Origin: Lama guanicoe
Lineage: Eukaryota
Assembly (NCBI GenBank): GCA_013239625.1
Contig: MU054212.1
Location: 9,782,898 to 9,846,897 of the forward strand
Direction of reading: 5' to 3'
DNA: 64,000 bases
Below, piece after piece: positions 62,438-64,000 of the stretch. Each line of letters starts with the position of its first letter. Position 1 is the first letter of the stretch. Below the pieces are notes generated by a model. The model did not search any database. It was not told where the DNA came from and worked only from the letters and a program-made list of their open reading frames with translations. The position numbers and the translations under genes are program-made.

Positions 62438-64000
62438 TCTTTCAGGGTCTTGGATTCCCATCTTTTTATAGAAATGGGGTTGCAACATTCCAGGCAGAAA
62501 AATCAAACCTCTTCTTCAGCTATAAACTTGAGCTGAGAGACTTTTTAGACCTGAATTCTGGGGAGAGCGAGATGGGTGTCCTTGAAGAGGAGCAGGGATT
62601 TGTGCATTGGTTGGATCTCAGCTCGGGGTGAGGACCACCGGAGTCAGGCTCCTGTGGGTGGGAGAACTGGAGCCAGAGGGCGACCAGGGAGTCAGGGAGC
62701 TGAAGACAAGGTGGGGCTTCATCCTCCCAAGGAGAGCATGGGATTCTAAATTCTCCAGGTTGTGAGAAGAGAGAATGACTGTGAGGTGAAAAGGCCAGAA
62801 GATGTTCGGACCTAAGCTGGGAGGACAGAGAGATTCTCGAGAGGCCATGACCTTGAAGTCTGGGGCAGTTCCGCCCTGGGAGGAAGGAGGGGTCTGGGCT
62901 GGAGATGCAGAATTTAACATGGACTATAGGGCCTGGTGCATTCTACCCCCAGCCCGCAGGCTGGCCAAATGGGCCCTCCCTGTACCGGAGAGGCATTTTC
63001 AGCTCCTGGGACAAGAGAAAATGATTGCTCAGAAGCATCCATTCCTTGCCGGGGACTCTCACCAGAACATTACCTTCTCATTCTCCATCCAGGGGTACTT
63101 AAATGCCCAGGTGCCATTGTGTTTGCAAAAAACAGCATAAGAGAAGCCTCGTTTCCCAGAAGATGGGGTAGAGTCTCTCTGCTCTCAATGGCTCTGTCCT
63201 CTATCTGTCCTTCAGAGCCTGGTGGTAGGTCACAGCCTCCTTTAGCCTGACCTTGGTCACCTCCAGCCCGGCTCCTGCAGCCTGGTTGGATTAAAGTGCT
63301 TCCGTCATCCCCTCTCATATACTGTCTTTTTCCCCTTTCTCATTCAGTAACTAGACGATGGACTTCCATCTTTTTTTGCCTCTTCCAGCTCATTGCGTTC
63401 AGGTGTAGGCCACGTGGTGTTTGTTCAGTGGAGAATTATGGATTTGAAGAGAGGGAGGAAGCTGTGACTAGCTCTGAAATTGGGGAGGAACAGGAGGAGG
63501 ACTGAGCCAGCCCCAACGCCAACCTCCTGTCCCCAGGATGCAGTAACGCCCCTTTGAGTTTCCTCCTTGGTGCTTGAGGTTACAGGTCGAGCTGGACAAC
63601 CCCACAGGGCAAAGGAAAAACCTCCGGGGTGGAGGGGAGGCATTGTTTCCAGGGGAGCAAGGAGTTGGATGTGATGTTATGTAACTTTGAGGGGAAAGAA
63701 AAAAACAAAACCAACAAAAGAGAAAGGCAGAGGAAATATAAATAAAAAAGAGTGCAAAGTTTTATTGTCAACCGCTGCTGTCACCTCCTGGAACTACAGT
63801 CGTATCTAAGAAATATGTGACACACTAATAGGAAGTAATTTACCCAAGGATGTTTTTGTGTCTCGAATTGCCTTTCCTGCTCAGCTGTGGGAACTTTGTG
63901 GGGGTATATGCATGAGAGCCGGCGCGGTGCTTCAGAAACTTCCCAATTTGTGCACAATGTGACTTTTATAAGGCCATTAAACTCATCTCGGGGAAAGCGC

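Noticed and set aside
1..64000. Novel multi-gene or prokaryote-type system (operon, CRISPR, defence island)
   Set aside because: The window is mammalian intron, promoter and intergenic DNA with a single coding exon; nothing supports such a system.

Overview
Mammalian genomic DNA, probably camelid (camel/alpaca), judging from four tRNA-derived SINEs that resemble the camelid Vic-1 type and the lack of recognisable Alu, B1/B2, Bov-tA or PRE-1 elements. The only protein-coding sequence I can support is the first coding exon of CELF4 (CUGBP/Elav-like RNA-binding protein 4) on the minus strand (28359->28074, 286 nt, GTGAGT donor), inside a ~2.5 kb CpG island. Positions 1-28073 are the start of the long intron 1; I did not find exon 2. 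Positions ~30.2-64 kb are upstream intergenic DNA with L1, L2, MIR, MaLR solo LTRs, hAT elements and microsatellites. Almost all other ORFs in the track are chance ORFs in GC-rich or repetitive DNA. I see no evidence for a novel multi-gene system. The most interesting items are regulatory or structural: a non-canonical (8-bp spacer) RE1/REST site in intron 1, a uORF embedded in a UG repeat plus tandem weak/strong AUGs in the CELF4 leader, a MEF2/TATA-like element, a nested or chimeric L1, a triple-hairpin element at 58.8 kb and an exact 27-bp direct repeat. Repeat family names come from recalled consensus sequences and their boundaries are approximate.
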